From the NCBI GenBank assembly GCA_047456295.1, contig CP179887.1, positions 111,159 to 175,158 of the forward strand: a stretch of DNA of 64,000 nucleotides. The letters run 5' to 3'. The stretch's first letter is position 1. The number at the start of each line of letters is the position of its first letter. This stretch comes from Candidatus Nealsonbacteria bacterium (GTDB lineage Bacteria > Patescibacteriota > Minisyncoccia > Minisyncoccales > JANBVM01). Made by a program: the position numbers and the translations under genes. Shown piece after piece: positions 60,238 to 64,000 of the stretch. Under the pieces are notes generated by a model that had not been told where the DNA came from, searched no databases, and saw nothing but the letters and a program-made list of their open reading frames with translations.

Positions 60238-61341
60238 ATGAAAAAAGAAATAAGAATTGCTATTGTGGGACTGGGCAATTGTGCCTCATCTCTAATCCAG
60301 GGTATCTTTTATTACAAAGACATTAAAAGCGATGATGAATTAATACCCGGGCTCATGCATAACCTAGTAGGGGGGTATAAGATCTCTAATATAAAGGTGG
60401 TAGCTGTATTCGATGTGGATAAAAGAAAGGTGGGAAAGGATGTTTCTAAAGCAATGTTCGCCAAGCCCAACTGCACAAAGACCTTTTATTCCAAAATACC
60501 AAATTTAAGAACAAAAGTAAAAATGGGGCCTGTCTTAGACGGAGTGGCTCCACATTTGAAAGATTTTCCAAAAGAAAAGAGATTTGTTGTGGCTAAAAAA
60601 AAGCCTGTGAACGTTGCTCGAGAATTGAAAAAATCAGGAGCTGAAATATTAATAAATTATTGTCCTGTTGGTTCCCAGAAAGCAACTGAATTTTATGTTA
60701 AAGCTGCCTTAGATGCCAGATGTGCTTTTATCAACTGCATGCCTGTATTCATTGTTTCTGAAAAAAGATGGGTAGAAAAATTTAAAAAGAAAAACCTGCC
60801 CTGCATCGGAGATGACATCAAATCCCAAGTGGGAGCTACCATTGTCCACCGGGTATTGACTCATATCTTTTCAAAAAGGGGAGTGAAAATAGACAAATCC
60901 TATCAGCTGAACGTAGGCGGGAATACTGATTTTTTAAATATGCTTTCCAGAGAAAGACTGAAATCTAAAAAGGTTTCAAAAACAGAAAGCGTTGAATCTC
61001 AGCTTTCAAAAAGACTGAGTTATGATAACTTACATATAGGACCTTCTGATTACATTCCCTGGTTAAAAGACAACAAGATTTGTTTTATCAGGATTGAGGG
61101 AAGGAAATTTGGTAATGTGCCTGTTGAACTTGAATTAAGGCTTTCAGTGCAAGACTCCCCAAATTCAGCTGGTTGCGTCATTGATGCTGTTCGTCTGGCA
61201 AAGATTGCCTTGGACAGAAAGATAAAGGGTTCCTTAATTTCAGCTTCAGCTTATTTTATGAAGCATCCTCCCCAGCAGTTTACCGATGAAAAAGCAAGGG
61301 AAATGGTCGAAGAATTTATCCTGGGAAAAAGAGAAAGGTAA
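60238..61341 (+). CDS. myo-inositol-1-phosphate (inositol-3-phosphate) synthase
   Basis: IRIAIVGLGNCASSLIQGIFYYKD, IGDDIKSQVGAT and NVGGNTDF. Confidence 0.85.
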   Translation: MKKEIRIAIVGLGNCASSLIQGIFYYKDIKSDDELIPGLMHNLVGGYKISNIKVVAVFDVDKRKVGKDVSKAMFAKPNCTKTFYSKIPNLRTKVKMGPVLDGVAPHLKDFPKEKRFVVAKKKPVNVARELKKSGAEILINYCPVGSQKATEFYVKAALDARCAFINCMPVFIVSEKRWVEKFKKKNLPCIGDDIKSQVGATIVHRVLTHIFSKRGVKIDKSYQLNVGGNTDFLNMLSRERLKSKKVSKTESVESQLSKRLSYDNLHIGPSDYIPWLKDNKICFIRIEGRKFGNVPVELELRLSVQDSPNSAGCVIDAVRLAKIALDRKIKGSLISASAYFMKHPPQQFTDEKAREMVEEFILGKRER

Positions 61342-61347
61342 AAATAT

Positions 61348-61647
61348 ATGGAGCCTTTTAAGAGATTTAAAAAATCAAATACTGAAAATAATATATGGAT
61401 ATATATTCTCTATCTGGGAAAAGAAAGAGAAATTGCCAATGATGAAGTTCGGAAATTAATCTTTGAAAAATTTGGATTTTTGCCTGGAAGATTAATAACC
61501 TCAAGGGTGCTATTCAGTCTCAGGAATCAAGGATACATTAAAAAGGAAAAATTCAAAGGAAAACCTGCTTTCAGTACAACAAAAAAAGGAATGGAAGAAC
61601 TTGAGAAAATGAAAGGTTTTTTTAAAGAGTTAATAAAGAAGGTGTAA
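61348..61647 (+). CDS. PadR-like winged-helix protein (paralog of 59872-60174)
   Basis: Same length and N-terminal pattern as the paralog: F/LKKSNTENNIWIYILYL compared with LQKSNTKENLWIYILSL. Confidence 0.55.
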   Translation: MEPFKRFKKSNTENNIWIYILYLGKEREIANDEVRKLIFEKFGFLPGRLITSRVLFSLRNQGYIKKEKFKGKPAFSTTKKGMEELEKMKGFFKELIKKV

Positions 61648-61697
61648 AATCAAGCGAGGGAATCTTTATTTAAAACGGTCTGAATGAACCGTTTTTT

Positions 61698-62249
61698 TTA
61701 TTGATGTTTTTCAACCTTAAACTTATATATAATAAATTTTTCTGTCTTTGGATTGACTCTTCCTTTCTGACAGGCGATTGATACTTGTTTTTCTACTGTA
61801 TCTACCCCTTCCAGATTGGGGAGTAAAAGTCCTGTTTTATGGGGTAAATGCCCGTTAAAGAATACATCCTTTGCTTTTGAAAGTGTTTTTATAATTATGC
61901 CGTATCTTTTAGGATTCAATTCTTTTATGTCTTTAATCAGTTCAGGCTGGCTCAACACATAAACCTTATAAGAAAGATGGGGGAGTTCTTGTTCTTTAAT
62001 AGGATTGAATCTGTAATCCCTGGTGGAAGCTGTAATGGCATTTGAAATGATTTCCTTGGCCAGATTGTCTTTTGTCGGCAAATAAGTTCCAATACAGCCT
62101 CTTAATTTTTTCTCTTTCTCAATGGTGATAAAGGCTCCTGATTTTTTTTCGAAAAATTCTCTTGGTAAATCTTCGGGAGGTGAAATTTCCTTTTTTTCTT
62201 TTACATAGTTTTCAACTGCTGTTTTGGCAAGAAAGATATATGGGTTCAT
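61698..62249 (-). CDS. AMMECR1 domain protein
   Basis: SGAFITIEKEKKLRGCIGT. Confidence 0.85.
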   Translation of the reverse strand: MNPYIFLAKTAVENYVKEKKEISPPEDLPREFFEKKSGAFITIEKEKKLRGCIGTYLPTKDNLAKEIISNAITASTRDYRFNPIKEQELPHLSYKVYVLSQPELIKDIKELNPKRYGIIIKTLSKAKDVFFNGHLPHKTGLLLPNLEGVDTVEKQVSIACQKGRVNPKTEKFIIYKFKVEKHQ

Positions 62250-62264
62250 ATTAAAAAGCTACAA

Positions 62265-62942
62265 TTATGTTTCAGTTTTCCTTGCTTTAGCAATTAATGT
62301 TGAACCTAAAGCTGGGAAAATCTTTCCTAAAAATTCTGAGCGGGGAGGAAGATTGTATTGGCCGAAGTTAAAACATATAAAGTCAGATGTGAATTTTTCA
62401 ATTTTAAAACCTGCTCTTTTTAAAAGTTCTTTAAAGGTACCCTTGGTAAAACATCTCATATGGTCAGTAAACCTGGGATAATTTTCACTGGGAGCAACCT
62501 GTAGAGGATAGAATCCCAAGAACACTCTGATTCGATTGGGAAGAGAAACTATATTGTCAGCAGTAATAATTAATGATCCTTTTGCTTTTAAAATGCGGTG
62601 GCATTCTTTTAAAAAATGCTCTGTATGAAAAATGTGTTCTAATGTTCTTGAACACCAAATCACATCAAAAGATTCATTTTTAAAAAGGAAATCTTTTTCT
62701 AAGTTTCCCTCAAAGATTTTTACTCCTCTTTTTTCAGCTTCTTTCAGGGCTTCTGGGTTTTGATCAATACCCCAAACCTCATTGCCTGATTTAATTAACA
62801 ATTCTGAAACCACACCATCTCCACATCCTACATCTAAAACCTTAAGATTGCTTCCTTCTGCCTGAAGCATTTTCAGCATAGGCTTTACTATTGTCTGAGT
62901 TCTTTTAAATGTTGGTGAAAGCCATTTGTAATCTTTAAACAT
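62265..62942 (-). CDS. class I SAM-dependent methyltransferase
   Basis: VLDVGCGDGV (motif I) and FDVIWC. ATG at 62942 chosen to avoid overlap with the upstream gene. Confidence 0.8.
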   Translation of the reverse strand: MFKDYKWLSPTFKRTQTIVKPMLKMLQAEGSNLKVLDVGCGDGVVSELLIKSGNEVWGIDQNPEALKEAEKRGVKIFEGNLEKDFLFKNESFDVIWCSRTLEHIFHTEHFLKECHRILKAKGSLIITADNIVSLPNRIRVFLGFYPLQVAPSENYPRFTDHMRCFTKGTFKELLKRAGFKIEKFTSDFICFNFGQYNLPPRSEFLGKIFPALGSTLIAKARKTET

Positions 62943-62952
62943 TTTTAATATC

Positions 62953-63258
62953 TTATTTTTGCAAAATCTCTTTAATTCTTTCTGCTTCTCTTTCCACCGG
63001 ACCGCCTTCATAATCTCCTGCATGAGCTGGAGCACCCTTATAAACAGGTCTTTTTTGATCCAAATGCAGACTAAACATTAATTCCTGGGTTTCTGGATTT
63101 ATTGTTAAAAAAAGATGGAATCTTGGATAACCTCCTCTTTCCAGGGGCCTGACCAAAACTATTTCCTCTCTTTCACTTTTACCTAAATAACGATAACCAA
63201 TCTTTCTGGTTAAGGTGGTAATGTTGTCTCTTTTATTTGGTTTAATTGTAAATTTCAT
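62953..63258 (-). CDS. hypothetical protein (101 aa)
   Basis: ORF in the operon orientation. No motif recognised. Confidence 0.45.
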   Translation of the reverse strand: MKFTIKPNKRDNITTLTRKIGYRYLGKSEREEIVLVRPLERGGYPRFHLFLTINPETQELMFSLHLDQKRPVYKGAPAHAGDYEGGPVEREAERIKEILQK

Positions 63259-63359
63259 AAGATTAAAGAATTGGCAGATATTCTTTTATTTCATAAGGAC
63301 TGACCTGTTTTTTTTGAGAAAGTTTATGACCTCGGTTTCGGTTTTAAAATTTAAATACT

Positions 63360-63974
63360 TCATAGTTTAACATTTGCTACTAAATAACCGACGCCAAAAG
63401 GACCTTCGTAAGATAAAATCTCTGGTTTCCAGTTGATGCTGGAAGCTTCCAAAATCCCCAAAAGGAAGCAAAAAGAACGAAGACCGCATTCACCAGCTTC
63501 AGGAAAATATTCATTCAATTTTAAAAAATTCTTAATGTCTTTTTTCTTTAAATATTCAATTAAGGCTTTATCAAATTTAGGACCATCTGGATTAAAGCCA
63601 TAAGGTCCTTGTTTTTTTAAACAATGGGATAAGTCGCCTGAAGCAATCAGGGCGTATTTTTTGTCTTTTTCAAGGTCTTGGTAAACCTCCTTTCCTTGTT
63701 CAAAATAAAAACCTGGTTGTTTCAATCCCATTAAATAGGTTTTTATTTCTCCTTTAAAATCCTTGGCTAAAAAAAATAGGGGAACGTTAAATCCCCAGTC
63801 AGGATGAGGAGAAGAAATTAAGATTGAATCAGGGGCTTTTTCTTTTAACTTTTTTCCTAAAGCTTCTAAACTGTCAATGGTTTTTTTAACCTTGAGGCGG
63901 TCTTGTTCTGAACCAACAGAAGGAAGAATTATTGGAGGATGAGGCGAGATGGCTGAAAAAACAATGTTGGGCAT
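63360..63974 (-). CDS. LigB/MEMO-superfamily (class III extradiol dioxygenase-like) protein
   Basis: N-terminal AISPHPPIILP and ILISSPHPDW, with a later SGDLSHCL. Confidence 0.5.
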   Translation of the reverse strand: MPNIVFSAISPHPPIILPSVGSEQDRLKVKKTIDSLEALGKKLKEKAPDSILISSPHPDWGFNVPLFFLAKDFKGEIKTYLMGLKQPGFYFEQGKEVYQDLEKDKKYALIASGDLSHCLKKQGPYGFNPDGPKFDKALIEYLKKKDIKNFLKLNEYFPEAGECGLRSFCFLLGILEASSINWKPEILSYEGPFGVGYLVANVKL

Positions 63975-64000
63975 ATCATTTTATAATTAAATTTAAATCC

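Noticed and set aside
1-64000. CRISPR arrays, rRNA genes, transposases or integrases, reverse transcriptases.
   Set aside because: I saw no regularly spaced direct repeats of 25-40 nt and no rRNA-like conserved blocks. None of the ORF translations shows DDE, tyrosine or serine recombinase, or RT (YxDD) motifs.

Overview
This is a low-GC (roughly one-third G+C by eye), gene-dense bacterial chromosome segment. TGA is used as an ordinary stop. It has short spacers, many small membrane proteins, and families such as DUF5652, a membrane-anchored Clp-type ATPase and a short PrmC. Together these suggest a Patescibacteria/CPR-like genome, which is an inference, not a demonstrated placement. I support about 75 CDSs and 3 tRNAs (Val-CAC, Glu-CUC, Gln-UUG). 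I saw no rRNA, CRISPR array, transposase or integrase.

Core gene content:
- metK, guaB, idi.
- A short dcw cluster (mraZ, ftsL-like, ftsI, one Mur ligase).
- A Ca2+ ATPase and a CaCA antiporter.
- rmuC, rplU, recR, dnaB, cysS, dnaX, pyrH.
- Three GT4 glycosyltransferases.
- A pyrimidine block (a pyrD-pyrK fusion, pyrF, a pyrE-like gene), efp, inositol-3-phosphate synthase and AMMECR1.

Most interesting observations:
1. A roughly 10 kb AT-rich accessory island (37.33-47.3 kb) lies directly 3' of tRNA-Gln.
   - It carries a small HTH gene and a type III restriction-modification operon. Two extra translationally coupled small genes (a 3-TM protein and a disordered peptide) sit between mod and res.
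   - Downstream are three unrecognisable ORFs, a membrane-anchored SNase plus lamin-tail-domain nuclease, and an Mrr-like endonuclease fusion. This is the best candidate for an undescribed defence module.
2. metK needs a +1 frame change at GGAGGGG-CAT-CCC-TGA-C. That site copies the architecture of the prfB programmed frameshift site.
3. An array of GTG-containing repeats with a 10-nt period, including four perfect TGTGGATAA 9-mers, lies upstream of mraZ.
4. Three 199-aa V4R-like paralogs are dispersed over the window.
5. GC-rich hairpin repeats occur at module boundaries.

Functions are assigned from motifs read directly in the translations. No database search was run.
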